Shown one piece after another: positions 39,649-51,965 of a stretch of DNA of 64,000 nt. The notes under the pieces are model-generated. The model saw only the letters and a program-made list of their open reading frames with translations. It did no database searches and was not told the DNA's origin. Position numbers and translations under genes: made by a program. Source of the stretch: Lama glama (lineage: Eukaryota); assembly GCA_028534125.1 (NCBI GenBank), contig CM052832.1, forward strand, positions 19,036,001 to 19,100,000, written 5' to 3'. Numbering within the stretch: position 1 is the stretch's first letter; each line of letters starts with the position of its first letter.

Positions 39649-41651
39649 CCCTGAATCAGCATTTAGCGGATAACAATTCTCTCTCCTCCCCCAATACTGG
39701 GGCTCCAGCCATGCAGGCCAGCACAGCCACAGGGTCTTACAGCAAAGAGAAATTCAGATCATGCACATCTTTTCACTGTTAATGTAGGCAGGGCCATATT
39801 TCCCTTGTTTCTGATGCTCGCTATTGTCAAATGCATCAATGTGAGGTGGGGTGATAATTTACCCATTTTTATCTGACTCGTCCCGGAAGTCACACAGGAT
39901 GTTGGACTTGAAACGTACTTAAAGCTAAATTCCAGGGCTCTTGGCTCCTAGTGCATTCCCATCCCCGGGCCCCATGTGAGGCGTAAGTTCTAACAGAGCT
40001 GAGCAGGTTCTGAAAACTTGCGCAAAGAATGTTCTCTTCTGTGGGAGGGTCATCTACCCAGCACACAGTCACCCCGGGAGTGGGGCAGATCTGGACCTGA
40101 GACCTGGTGGTCGGTGAGAGGCTGCTGTGGGGGTCCTGCCAGCCACAGGGGCCCTGGCCACCCAGCTAAAGAACAGCACTGGGTTATGATGGGTTCTCAG
40201 GACAGACAGACTAAACATTCCATTGCTCCTGCTCTCCCATCTCTACCCTCTGTATTCTCTCTTTCCTGCCTGATGGCCTTCCTGGCTTCTCTCTGGATTT
40301 AGGGTTTCTCCCAGGGGGTCACTCAGACCCGAAACTGATCCTCCTTTTTCACTGTAAATTCATCTCACTTCCGCTTTCCTCATCTAACACGAAAACTCGA
40401 ACTATCTCTATGACACTGCTCAAGGGTAATGGCCCCGAGGATATCTCCCTCTGTGTTAATAAAAGGAAGTCCTCTCACCCTGCCAGGACATCTTGCATCT
40501 TTGTAGTCAGCTACTTTCTTATCTGTTATTCATTCTGGTTAAAAAAAAAAAATCCCAACATACATACTGACATAAAGTGAGGATATTTCATAATATTCTC
40601 AGACCTGGTAACCCAACTTCCTCCAGCCACACCCTTCCACACTTCCCTTTTTGCCCCACCCCAACACACAGACAACAATCATTTTGTGGGGTTCAGGGTT
40701 GGGGAGTGGGGTAAATGATGATGGAAAGACAGTTGGTCCAGCACTCACTGAGCTCCTGCTGCTGGTCAAGCTCTGGCTGCATCCCGATGAATGGTCCCTG
40801 GCCTTGGCTTCCAGTCTCCTGGAGAAAATGGACATTTAGGCCAGTGGTCTCATTCAATGGAATAAATGACTTCCTCCTGCACCAATAGTGTGACTGATTG
40901 CTTCAGAAGCCTAGGGGAGGGGTGAGATGGTACCGCCCCCTCCCTCAGCTTAGGGGAGGGAAGCAGGGAAGAGAAAAGCTTCCCAATGTAACCTTTGCAC
41001 TTAGGGTTTTGTTAGAATTGCCATATCCAGCCAATTCGAATTTATAAAAATCAGTCTGTTGTGCTTTCTTTCAGAAATATTAAAAAGAAAAGACTAATAC
41101 TCCAGAAAATTAATAGTGTAAATTAGCTTCTTAAATTCTGCTCTTATTTCTGTAAATCTTTTTAAGTGACTTGTTAACGGTTTCTACTTGTTAGTGGAAA
41201 CTGGTCCTCAATGGGCTGGCTGAGTGGGTAGAGAGCTGTGATGGACTGATGAGTTGCTGCCATCTCCTGGCAGAGAGTGGTAACAGCAGGTGCTTTTCTA
41301 AGCCTCCCTGGACCTTCTCTGTATCATCTTAACCTTGGCAACATCCATTAGACAGGTGGAAAGCAGATTCATCCGCTCCATAGTCTCACAACTTCACAGG
41401 GCTATTAAAAGAAGGAACAGCCCCCTTCTCTGACCCAGAAGGCACCTTCTCCATCACCCCAGTGAGGAATCTTCTCTCTTGCTGTGATGGATGAAATTCC
41501 CAGTAATAACTGTGCCCACAGATGGTCCCCAGAAACTATTACATGAGTTTTCACAAAGGCTGGACACTTTGAAGTTTATAAATATGCCAGTATGGGTTTG
41601 TAAAAAGGGGAAATATATTCTACATCTCTGATCCCACTTGCTTGCTTCCAG

Positions 41652-41695
41652 GTCTGGCTGGCTTTGCTCGCCTCTGCCCTGGTGATCAGTATGAA
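41652..41695 (+). CDS. RIPOR2: RIPOR2 coding exon (GLAGFARLCPGDQYE), 44 nt
   Basis: cttccag|GT acceptor, GAA|gtaagt donor; FAM65-family motif. Confidence 0.96.
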
Positions 41696-42249
41696 GTAAG
41701 TATGGTGTCCGACTGGGTATTGGACTTGAGGGGCAGGAGTCAGTTGTCATTACTTTGCTTTTTCAGTTGTTTTTTAAATGTTTTTTAATTTTGAAAAAGA
41801 AATTTGGGCCAATAAGAAAGCTTGGAGATTAGTATAAGACCTTCCATGCATGCATCATCTAGACAGTAATTTTTAACATTACACCACTTTTGCTTCCTTT
41901 TTATTAATACTGTTATTCTTGTTGTTATTTTGCTGAATGGTTTTAGATTAATACACAGACATTAGGACCTTTCACTCCAAAATTATTTTCCTGAATATGG
42001 AAAGACTTCCTCTCATATCAACATTGTACAGTTCTCGACACCAGCAAACTTAGCATTGGCCCTTTAGCTAATGTCATTTGCTAATGTCACGATCTATATT
42101 CATATTTTTCCAAGTGTCCCAATATTGTACTTGATGGCAGGGTTTTTTTTTTGCCCTGACCCAAGATCCAATCCAGGATCATGGCTGTTCGTAAGTATCA
42201 CAACTGAAGAACAGTATCTAGATCTTTCCTTTTATAAACGTATACTCTG

Positions 42250-42385
42250 GTGGGGAGGGTACAGCTCAAGTGGTACAGTACATGTCTAGCATGCATGAGG
42301 CCCTGAGTTCAATCCCCAGTACCTCCATTAAAAATAATTACATCAATAAACCTAATTACCTCCAACCCCTCCCCCCCAAAAATAA
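42250..42385 (+). mobile_element. tRNA-Ala-derived SINE (vic-1-like)
   Basis: ggggagggtacagctcaagtggt...gagttcaatccccagtacctcc...aaacctaattacc; flanking tatactct repeats. Confidence 0.88.
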
Positions 42386-43042
42386 ATATACTCTATAAAG
42401 GTTTTTATCGTTTCCCCTTCCAAAAGGGAACTCAGCTAATTATTTCATCTCTCTCCTCCAAAACCCTCTAAAATCATTCTTGAAGTTGGGGGTGGAGGCA
42501 GGTATCTTCCCCTAAACAATAAAGCTATCAGACCCTGGAGAGACTGCACACCCTCTACCCAGAGTAGGTCAGATTTCAAAATCCTTGTCCAGCTCTCTTC
42601 CTCATTCATATGGAAGCAGGATGTTTCATTTCTTGCTTCTGGCCGCTAAGCAGATTTTAGCTGATGGTTTCTTGTCTCTCTAAAGGAACTGAGGAGTGTG
42701 GAGCATTAATCCAGTGTCTGTTCTTGTAAGACAGAACAACCAAGAGAAAGGGTGGTTGACATGAGTGAGCCAAAGGGCATGATCTGACGACCTTTTTCTA
42801 AAGAAACCCTTCACACCCTCTGCCTTAGAGAAGCAGAACTTACTCCCTTTTGAAAGTCTCTCCCCACTGGTCATCTGCCCCACCCCCCAGGGAATTTGGA
42901 AGGAGCGACAATGACAATCGATGCTGGAGAAGTGGAGGAGGAGAGGCAGTTGCTTTATCTCCTAGCCTTTTCCGTCCTGGGTTGGGTAGGGAAGGCAGGG
43001 GAGGGCAGTGGAACCCGAGGGCATTTGGTGTCTTCTCTGCAG

Positions 43043-43168
43043 ATTTTCATGAAGTATGGCCGACAGAGGTGGAAACTGAAAGGCAGAATCGAAGTAAATG
43101 GCAAACAGAGCTGGGATGGAGAAGAAGTGGTGTTCCTGCCCCTGATAGTTGGATTAATTTCCATCAAG
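43043..43168 (+). CDS. RIPOR2: RIPOR2 coding exon ([14 protein letters not shown]...LISIK), 126 nt
   Basis: ctctgcag|ATT, AAG|gtacgg; lies within ORF 42896..43306. Confidence 0.96.
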
Positions 43169-43436
43169 GTACGGTACTGTCATGGCCGTGCGTCATCCCA
43201 TGACTTCTGTCTGCTGCCCCTCCATCCCACAGACGTCTCTCCGCACGCCAAGTACACTGCAGAGACCGGCCTGCGTGTCACAGCAGGCAGTGCCAACGTC
43301 AGATAGGCTTTGGGAGTATCCCCCTCTGATTTCAGAGATGATCTTGAAACGCCTGAGCTGACTGAGGAAAACAAGATAAGAATGTCTTGCCTTTATCCTC
43401 TGCTGTCCCGTAAGGCCTTTCTCCCTCTCTCACCAG

Positions 43437-43585
43437 GTCACGGAGCTCAAAGGGCTGGCGACTCACCTCCTGGTTGGCAGCGTGACCTGCGAGACCAAAG
43501 AGCTGTTTGCAGCCCGACCTCAGGTGGTGGCTGTGGACATCAATGACCTTGGCACCATCAAACTGAACCTGGAAATCACCTGGTA
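43437..43585 (+). CDS. RIPOR2: RIPOR2 coding exon ([10 protein letters not shown]...NLEITW-Y), 149 nt
   Basis: ctcaccag|GTC, TGGTA|gtaagt. Confidence 0.96.
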
Positions 43586-43634
43586 GTAAGTTACCCTTTT
43601 CAACTTCATCTTGTTAGAAATACACGCTGCAGGC

Positions 43635-43815
43635 TCGTGATGTTCCAAGGAGGGGTGCATGGATCATCAGACTCGCCAGGGAGCTTGGTACAAAAGCAGA
43701 CCCCCAGGCCCCACCCCAGACTCACTGCATCAGAATCTCCCAGGGCACAAGAATCTCTTCACTCATCCCTCACCAGGGGATGTCCATGCAGGTTCCAGTT
43801 GGAGGCCCCTCTGCC
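43635..43815. mobile_element. MER5A-like hAT MITE
   Basis: catcagactcgccagggagcttggtacaaaagcagacccccaggccccaccccagactcactgcatcagaatctc. Confidence 0.7.
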
Positions 43816-44562
43816 TTATCACTACCCTCCTCTTCCACTTCCTGTGTTTAAATATTTTATTCTGTATCCTCTCTTCCTTCTCAACCTTTAAATATGTATC
43901 AAGAAATATCTCTCTCCAGCCAACTAATTTGAAAGAAAATAACTGTCCAATAAGAGACATTTTACCCTCAGAAAGATCTGGATTCTCGCTCTGGTGTTTT
44001 AATTGCTTAGCCCTCTCTGTCTCAAATACCTCACACGGGTCTGGAAAATTTGGGGTATCCTTGGTCCCTCCACACTCTTTTTACTGAAATAGATACTTCC
44101 AAAGAGATACCTTTCATCAAAGCAGTGAACTTAAAAGAGTGGTTTTCTGAAGTCACCCCATGAGAAAGGTCCTGATAAGTTATTAAACATTATGCCCCTG
44201 GTATATTACATATTACTCTAACTAGGACAGGTGGAGTATTAACGTTCAGGGCCCCCTTTATAACAGAGAGTCAGGGATGGGAGCAGTGAAGACAGGCTGC
44301 CTTGTCATTGAAACAGTGTCCACACCTTCTGCCCAGCCCTTCTCTCCTTGTCATTTGTAGCTGTTGACATCTCAAATTGCAGGATCAGTCCTCTTGCTGG
44401 ATGAATCCACAGTGTGAAGATAAACAGCATCTCTGTGAGCCAACTGTTACCCTCTCAATCACATGAGCGGCTCTGCGTCAACTGAAATGAACAGGAGTGT
44501 TTCTTTCAGAACCGAACAATACTCTGTTACTCTCTTGTACCCTGAAAGTGTCTGTACTTGCA

Positions 44563-44702
44563 GGGAGGAGGGTATAGCTCAGTGGTAGAGTGCATGCTTA
44601 GCATGCACGAGGTCCTGGGTTTAATCCCTAGTATCTCCATTTTTAAAAAATTACAATAAATGAACAAATAAACCTAATTATCTCCCCCTGCAAAAACAAA
44701 AA
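44563..44702 (+). mobile_element. tRNA-Ala-derived SINE (vic-1-like)
   Basis: gagggtatagctcagtggtagagtgcatgcttagcatgcacgaggtcctgggtttaatccc. Confidence 0.9.
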
Positions 44703-45068
44703 ATCTGTACAAAGCTCCAGGGTTTTTTACAGGCCTATTCAACATCTCATGTTGAGACAAGCATTCATACATTCATGTCTCTCATATGAAAGAGGAAGCA
44801 GATTTATCTAGTGTCCAGGTGACCACATAAATTGTGCTTAAATCTGGGATAAGAATCTATGGTCCCTTGGGTGAATCCAGACTCAGTTTTCTGCTCTGCC
44901 TTTTTTTAAATCTTGTTTTGTTGCTGACAGACCAATTTGGATTCAACCAACCCAGTTTCCAATGGTTTGTATTTATGTTAGTACAACGAGGCGCTTTCTT
45001 GGCCTGCCGTCCGGTGATTATAGGTGATTTTAACGAGCGCACGTTCACGGGGCCCTGTTGTTTTGCAG

Positions 45069-45198
45069 TCCATTTGATGTGGAGGACATGACCCCGTCCT
45101 CGGCCGCTGGGAACAAGGCAGCGGCCCTCCAGAGAAGAATGTCCATGTACAGCCAGGGCACCCCGGAGACGCCCACCTTCAAAGATCACTCCTTCTTC
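45069..45198 (+). CDS. RIPOR2: RIPOR2 coding exon (PFDVEDM...[22 protein letters not shown]), 130 nt
   Basis: ttttgcag|T CCA, TTC|gtaagt. Confidence 0.96.
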
Positions 45199-45303
45199 GT
45201 AAGTTCAGTGCAATTTCTGGAGGAGGGATGATAAGTCAGAGACAGAGCTTTCATCCAGCATTTGAAATGCTCAGTATACGGTGTTAGGGAGTCTCAGTAA
45301 TTC

Positions 45304-45643
45304 CAGTTGTCCTTGGTATCAGCAGGCGATTGGTTCCAGGAACCCCCCTCCAATACCAAAATCCACCGATGCTCGAGTCCCTCATATAAAATGGCAGAGT
45401 ATTTGCACATAACTTCTGCACATCCTCCTGGCTACTTTAAATCATCTCTAGATTGCTAATAACACCTCAAAACAATGTAAATGCTTCGTAAATAGTCGTA
45501 AATAAGATGCAAATAGTTGCCAGCAGATTGGCAAGTTCAAGTTTTGCTTTTTGGAACTCTATGAAATTTTTTTCCCGAATATTTTCAGTCCGTGGTTGGT
45601 TGACTCCACAGATGCAGAACCTTTGGATTCGGGGGGCTGACTA
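45304..45643. mobile_element. MER2-like TcMar-Tigger element
   Basis: cagttgtccttggtatc...ataccaaaatccaccgatgctcgagtccctcatataaaatggc...gatgcagaacctttggattcggggggctgact. Confidence 0.8.
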
Positions 45644-45945
45644 TAATGTTAGCTTAAAGTTCACCTAACCAGTGGTGACTAAGGAAAGCATGTTCCAAGG
45701 TGCCTTTGTGCACCCGCGCACAGGTGGTGAACCTCCTCTGTCTTTCGTCTCCTCTCCCTCACTAACCTGTTGCTTTGATAAACACACATAGACTTTTCTG
45801 CACCTTCTCTAAGATCAGCCTTTTAAAGAAGCAGATATAAGTAATGGCCTCCCTGTTTTAATCAGAAAGACTTGCTTACAGCTAACAAAACCATAGTAAC
45901 CCTCTGCTCTCCACTAACTCCGCCATCTTGCTTTGACTTCTGAAG

Positions 45946-46092
45946 AGATGGTTGCATCCCTCACCAGACAAGCCAAGGCTGTCTGTCTTGAGTGCCTTGC
46001 AAGACTCTTTCTTTGCCAAGCTGCACCGCAGTCGCTCTTTCAGTGACCTGCCCTCCCTCAGGCTGAGACCCAAGGCCGTGCTAGAGTTTTAT
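45946..46092 (+). CDS. RIPOR2: RIPOR2 cassette coding exon (RWLHPSPDKP...KAVLEFY), 147 nt, phase 0/0
   Basis: Branch point ACTAAC at 45913-45918, tgaag|AGA acceptor, TAT|gtgagt donor; symmetric, so skippable in frame. Confidence 0.92.
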
Positions 46093-46807
46093 GTGAGTGT
46101 GGGTGTCCTGCCCGGTTTGACGTGCTTGCCTTCGGGGGCTCGTGGCATGTGTGCTTTGGCATGTCTTATGTTTTATCTTCTCCATCTTGCTCACGGGATC
46201 ACGGTCACGGGTCTCCCGTCCCCGGGGTGGGAAGTGTGGTCATGCACGCACCTTTGTGAGACAGGCCGTCGGTCCTTTCCTTCTCACCACCTCCGCTTTT
46301 GTGCTGTGACTTTTCTCCGCTGTGGCAAAGATATCCATGGTAACCAGATTATCATTTTTTTTAAAGATACAATTACACTCAAGGTCAGAGAAGATTTTAG
46401 TTCACAAGTTAAGCTAGTGTGTTACAAATATCAATCTTTCTGCACGGTTGGAATCTTCAAAAACTGGCATTCGAGGAGGTCAGAAGGATTTAAACTAATT
46501 TTCCTAGAGCTGTTTGTAGCGAGAGAGCTTCTTTGCCTTAGTTTATTGTAGTGTTTGTTAAATTTTGTACTGCCTTAGTAAAAGGAACTCTGGAATTTGT
46601 TCTGAAGACGAGGCTGGGCTGGACCACTGGGAGGACCCAAGGGTTCTGTGAGATCCCCAAGGGACCCCACGGAGGACGTGCAAGGAGTAGGACCCCAGCT
46701 TTCCCCCATCGCTCCCCAGAAGTTTCCTTTCATCTCTCCTAGAGGCATAAGGCATGTTTGGGGGTGCAAATCAAGAAGGAAGGAAACTGAAGTAAAGGAG
46801 CTGGTGG

Positions 46808-46990
46808 GGAAAAAAAAGATAAACAACAAGGTCCTACTGTATAGCACAGGGGACTATATTCAATACCTTGTGATGGCCTATAATGAAAAAGAATATGAGA
46901 AGGAATCTACATATATGTATATCTGCATCACTATGCTGTACACCAGAAATTAACACAACATTGTAAATCAACTATAAATTTTTTTAAAAA
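46808..46990 (+). mobile_element. L1 3' end
   Basis: ataaacaacaaggtcctactgtatagcacaggg...; imperfect TSD aaaggagctggtgg / aaagaagctggagg. Confidence 0.85.
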
Positions 46991-48356
46991 AAAGAAGCTG
47001 GAGGTAGTAAGAGGCGCACAGGGACCCACCCGCTCCCCACACCTTTCTGAGATTACAGGTCAGTAATCACTAATCAAGGAAAACAGTCAGTTTTAGTGGC
47101 AAAGAGACTGAACCTGCAGAGGTTACTTGAATGCCCCAGTGACACATTGACACATCCTTTTAGTCACTCTGTGTTTAAAGTAAACCACCTTCTACCCAAC
47201 GAGAATGGAGAGTTGGGGTTGAACTAACTGCGTGTGATGCGAGCTGGTGGCCCCCGGATCCAGCAGTGACGGGACCAGGGACGCTGCTGGAAGAGGACTG
47301 GAAGCCTCCTTTGGTCTGCTGCCCATGTCACTTGCTGTAACATCTTTGTTTCCTGGGCACTATCGTGACCACTCGTTGCTTTATATTTCATTAAAATATG
47401 CATTAGCTTGGTGCTTACTGTTGACTGAAAAAAATTCAAACCTGGAATCCCAGAGAAAGTATTCATTTTGAAGGAGTTGATCTCAAATAACTAGAAAACT
47501 TTCCCCTCGGAACAACATTCGGCATTTCCACACGCGTGCACAGACTGCAGTGTCAGGAAAGATGACTTAGAAACTGTTTTAACACCTGTGTAATGAAGTA
47601 TCTTGGTTACCTGGATATTTCTGACCTCTGTCTTCTGAGTTCTGCTTCATGGATCACAGAGCGTACCCAACCCAGCCTGGGGCTGCCCGACAGAGCATTT
47701 GGGGTTTCTAGACACCCTGGGAGCTCTGGGGTTTGCAACCCTGGAAGATAGTGGTTCTGTTTTTCAGCCTTATTCTCCTCTTTTTATAGAAGCTCTGCCA
47801 ATGTATTTTTGGTCTTGAATTATTTGTGGCATGGTTACTAAATTACTAAAACGTTTCCTGGGGCTTGGAATTTCTGGGTAGAGATTTTCAAAAAATAATT
47901 TCTGGGAACTGAAGCAGAACAAAGCATCATGTCTTTTGAGTGAAATAGCATGAATGTTGGAAAGTCTTTTAAGATCGATGCCAAAAACAAAAAACAAAAA
48001 ACCCAGAAGGGTAGTGTTGTTCATAACTATGGCTGCCAAAGATGATGAGATCCTGGGATTTAGCAAGCAAGCCCTGTTCCCCTACCCCCAGCCTTTTCTT
48101 TGGAAAAATGCCAAACCTAAGAATAGTATGATGAACTCTCACCTCAATTCAACAACGGAAGTGGAGTTTTTAAAGGCTTGTTTTCTTTTGCCACACATGC
48201 ACGCGCACACACACGCCCCAAAATCAATAAATACAATGTTAATATTATGAAAGGTCTGGTTTTTAATTTTAATTGCCTTGCATTTCATCTGGAAATGAAC
48301 CATGCCAAACACATCAACTGCATTTAAAATAATAATGACTTGCCTTTTCTCTGCAG

Positions 48357-49034
48357 TCGAATCTACCTGATGACACCTTTGAAAACGGGAAGGCCACTGA
48401 GGAGAAGATGCCACTGTCCCTCAGCTTCAGCGACCTGCCCAACGGGGACTGCACCCTGACCCCCAACCCCACCGGCTCTGTCCCCACCGTTGGCTCAGCA
48501 AATCCAGAAATTACCATCACCCCTGCTGAGCTGAACTGTGGCAGCCTTTCCTCCCAGAACGGGGGCATGGATGACTCCAGCTCAGCCTCTTCCAGAAACT
48601 CCTCAGGAGATGGTCCAGAGCCCAAGCCACAGGTGGAGGAAGACACAGAGGGACCAGGACAACCGCAGGCCTGCCGAGCATCCACGGGCCCCAGGGCTGA
48701 GCGCCTGTTTCTAGAGAAGGACGTCGCGGAGGCCCTTCTGCAAGAGTCCGATGAGGCCTCTGAGCTCAAGCCCGTGGAATTGGACACTTTTGAAGGAAAC
48801 ATCACGAAACAACTGGTTAAGAGGCTCACCTCGGCAGAGGTGCCAGTAGCTGCAGAGAGGCTGCTCTCTGAGGGCTCTGTCAGTGGCGAGTCCGAAGGCT
48901 GTAGATCCTTCCTAGATGGAAGCTTAGAGGATGCCTTCAATGGGCTTTTCCTTGCATTAGAACCACATAAAGAGCAGTATAAAGAGTTTCAGGATCTGAA
49001 CCAAGAAGTTATGCACTTGGATGATATTCTAAAA
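48357..49034 (+). CDS. RIPOR2: RIPOR2 large coding exon (SNLPDDTFENG...HLDDILK), 678 nt
   Basis: ctctgcag|TCG, AAA|gtaagt; overlaps ORF 48408..49064 in frame. Confidence 0.97.
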
Positions 49035-50828
49035 GTAAGTACCTTTTCAGGGACATTGGATTAGGTTTCGAGGCAGGGGGCTGAAGTCATCATTCTATTT
49101 AAAAGAGCCTATCTCTCTTTCTTTCTTTTTAAAACCCTGTCCTATCCCAGGATCAATAGATAATCATCGTGTAAATGGCATTAATTTTTAACAATAGCGC
49201 ATATTAATTTTTACTTTCCTGACCACTGATCCACTTAACTAAAATGATTAGATGTTAAATTGCTCTAAAGAATGCCTAAACTCCCTCAGTCCCAATTAAT
49301 CATTCAGATCCTAAATGTGAAATGGTGGCATTTTGATTATCATAATCTCATTGAGTGGAGACTGGAGAGTAGCAAGGAAGCAGGAAAGCCCTGCCCTGGT
49401 TGAAGTCAGAGTTTGGCAGCCGGGATGTGAGAGCCAGGGGTGTCTCTCCCCTACCGCAGGGCACCAGCTCCTGGGAGATTCCCTTCTCTGCAATTGGCCC
49501 AAATCAGTGAGTCGGAACCCCGGATTAATCACCCGTGAATCATCTAGAAGTCAGAGATCCCCGACTGCCAGAGATATCTCCCTCTGTCCTGTTCCTGATC
49601 AGACAGCTCAGGACAGACATGGGAAGATGAGAGTGAGAGGGGTGATTCCTCTCAGGTGGGAGGTCTTGATATGAGATCATTATCACTGCCCCAGAATGTA
49701 TGTGTCTCCACTTGGCATACAGATTAAATTTTTAAAAACACCACACAAGAAGACAGAACTGGAATTTTTGTCCCGATTCCCACAGCCACTTCTCGTATTC
49801 CTTGCTTTGCCAAGGAATCTGATTTATCGTGCCAAGGAGAAGAGGACTTGGATCCTTTCTCTTGAAAGAGCAATTCTTCGGGGACCTGTTCTGTAATATA
49901 GGCTTGAAAATGTGGTGCCAGAGGCCAGCTGACAGTCAACCCGCAGAAGGCTGTTGCACCCCTTGGTGTGACTGTTTTAAAACGTGACCTTCCCTGCGGC
50001 CTCTGGAACTACACTCCCAAGGCTTTTCTGACGGTCTCGGGCACGCTGACCTAGCTTGGGAAGGGACAGACGCCCAGGGCGGATGATAGTTCATGCTCTG
50101 GCTCTCCCCATCCTCTGAGGCCCATGACAGGTTGAGTCAGCTGTAGCCACAGCCTCTGAGCAGCAGGGAAGGGCACGCTGACTCTGCTTCCTGTAACACA
50201 TAATTCAAAAGCGTCAGCTCAGGGCTCATGCATAGAGGCTGCTAGTCTAGTACTGCAGCGAAAACATCTTTTATCCCTTCTACAAGCTCTTGTCTGCACA
50301 GTTGATCAGCTTTGCTTAGTGGGCAGAAAGGTGTTGAATGTAAAGGGCGAAGACACAATTGATCCCCCTAAAGCACATGCCTCAAAGAAAGCCAGTGCTG
50401 ACAGCAGCCCCCATTTCCAGACGGATAGGGTGCTGATCAGTAGCTTGGTCCACCGAGAAGCACTAAGCAAGTCATCTCTCAGTCTTATAAAAACCTGGCG
50501 GTTACAGATTGCTTTCCGGAGTATTATTTCAATCTGCTCTTGTTCCAAAACTATTCCGCTACTGAAATCCTTAGCTGCCCCTTTCTTTGTTATGATCAGT
50601 ATCTAAACACATCCATACTGTGCAAGATCAGGTTCTGCAGCTAATTAGCTTAGGAAAGAAGACTCAAGGACTCTAGAAGTGGGTTGAGTCAGGACCAGCT
50701 CCTCCTCTCTGTCTGAGATTGAAGAGGGTATTAGAGTTTAGGTCTGGGGCAAGTGGCTTTGTATCCAGCCAGAATTAAAGCATCAGCTGGACAAAGCTTT
50801 CTCTTTTTTTCCTCCTTCACATTCCTAG

Positions 50829-50900
50829 GATGCTAAACATCTTGAGGATCAGAAACTAAATGATGCTGCCTCCTGGACGGAGATCACTGAGGGTGAATGA
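50829..50900 (+). CDS. RIPOR2: RIPOR2 alternative terminal exon, coding part (DAKHLEDQKLNDAASWTEITEGE*)
   Basis: Long polypyrimidine tract then attcctag|GAT; phase 0 fits the preceding exon; peptide resembles the C-terminus of a short RIPOR2 isoform as I recall it. Confidence 0.8.
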   Translation, partial: DAKHLEDQKLNDAASWTEITEGE

Positions 50901-51649
50901 AACAACTCTGGTTTAAAAGACTGAAAGACGGTTGCCCGTGTGCTTTTGTGCCATCTTAAGTGTCAGAGACTCAGATCCCCGCAAGGCCTGTCCGACCTTA
51001 TGTTAAGAAGCCAGCAGGGAGTGCCATCCAACTGGATGGAGGACATTTAGTTCTTCTTACCTGCAGAATTTGTCCCATTCAACCCCCCGCAGCATCCTCT
51101 TGACTATTTGGAAGTACATCTCCCCATCTCTGTGTCCCTAGCAACTGGCATTATTCTGTTTGTAATATTTCTGTTTAATGTCCAGCAATATAGAATTCTC
51201 CAGACCACAGAGTGAGTTTGGTCCCATAATTACAGGGCCTGATCAGGGAAGTGATGGAACTTGTTCCTTCAAAGACAGAGCTATAGAGGGAGCATGACCG
51301 CTTTGTGTCCTGAGCATGCCATTTACTTTCTCTCAGTGCTCAAAGGAGAATTCTGTGCTGTGATCGTGAAGTTAATATTTAGGTCTACTTACCTAGGGAG
51401 GGTGGATTAGGTAGATTCAAGAAGTTTCTGTTTCTGGGATTTGTTTCGTCAGTCCTTTAGAACAGGTGCCTTAGATAGCTCACCTCTGTCTCAGGACACT
51501 GAAGACGCTGCCACGTGGAATTAGAAATTGGTCTGTATTTGGCATTGACTCAGTGACTGTTAAGGTTTGTCTGCCAGGTGAATTTTATTTAGGGTTGAGC
51601 ACTAGGCGGAGAGAATAGCCATTCTGTTTCCCAGGGCTTTCTGATTGTA

Positions 51650-51860
51650 ATTTTTTTTTACCTTTTTTATTATAAAAATTGCCAACAGAAGTCGAAAGAA
51701 TCAGATAATGGATCCCAATGTGCCCAGCTTCCACGATGCTCAACCCAAGGCCAACCTTGTTTTGTCTAACCTTCTACCTGCTTACTTCCCTCTGGATTAT
51801 TTTGGAACAAATCTTAGATATTGTGTCATTTTATCCATGGTTGTACTTCTTTTTATTATG
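51650..51860 (-). mobile_element. Old L1ME-like fragment in the putative short-isoform 3'UTR
   Basis: ttttattataaaaatt...aacagaagtcgaaagaatcagataatggatcccaatgtgcccagcttc...ggattattttggaacaaatc. Confidence 0.6.
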
Positions 51861-51901
51861 AAGATTTTCAGTGAATTTTTTTAATGCCAACAACAACAAA
51901 A

Positions 51902-51965
51902 AATAAAAGCTTGAACAAAAAGAAAGTGTCGCATCTGCCGTTGGGTGTCTTGTGTTGGGTTTCTC
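51902..51965 (+). terminator. Candidate poly(A) signal (AATAAA) plus downstream GU-rich element for short RIPOR2 isoforms
   Basis: First AATAAA I find after the 50900 stop is at 51902-51907, followed by gttgggtgtcttgtgttgggttt. Confidence 0.5.

Noticed and set aside
44563..44640. tRNA-Ala-like cloverleaf (and five or six similar copies)
   Set aside because: Degenerate copies with A-rich tails and TSDs; these are SINEs, not tRNA genes
48314..48940. 208-aa minus-strand ORF
   Set aside because: Antisense shadow of the GC-rich 678-nt RIPOR2 exon; no independent gene signals
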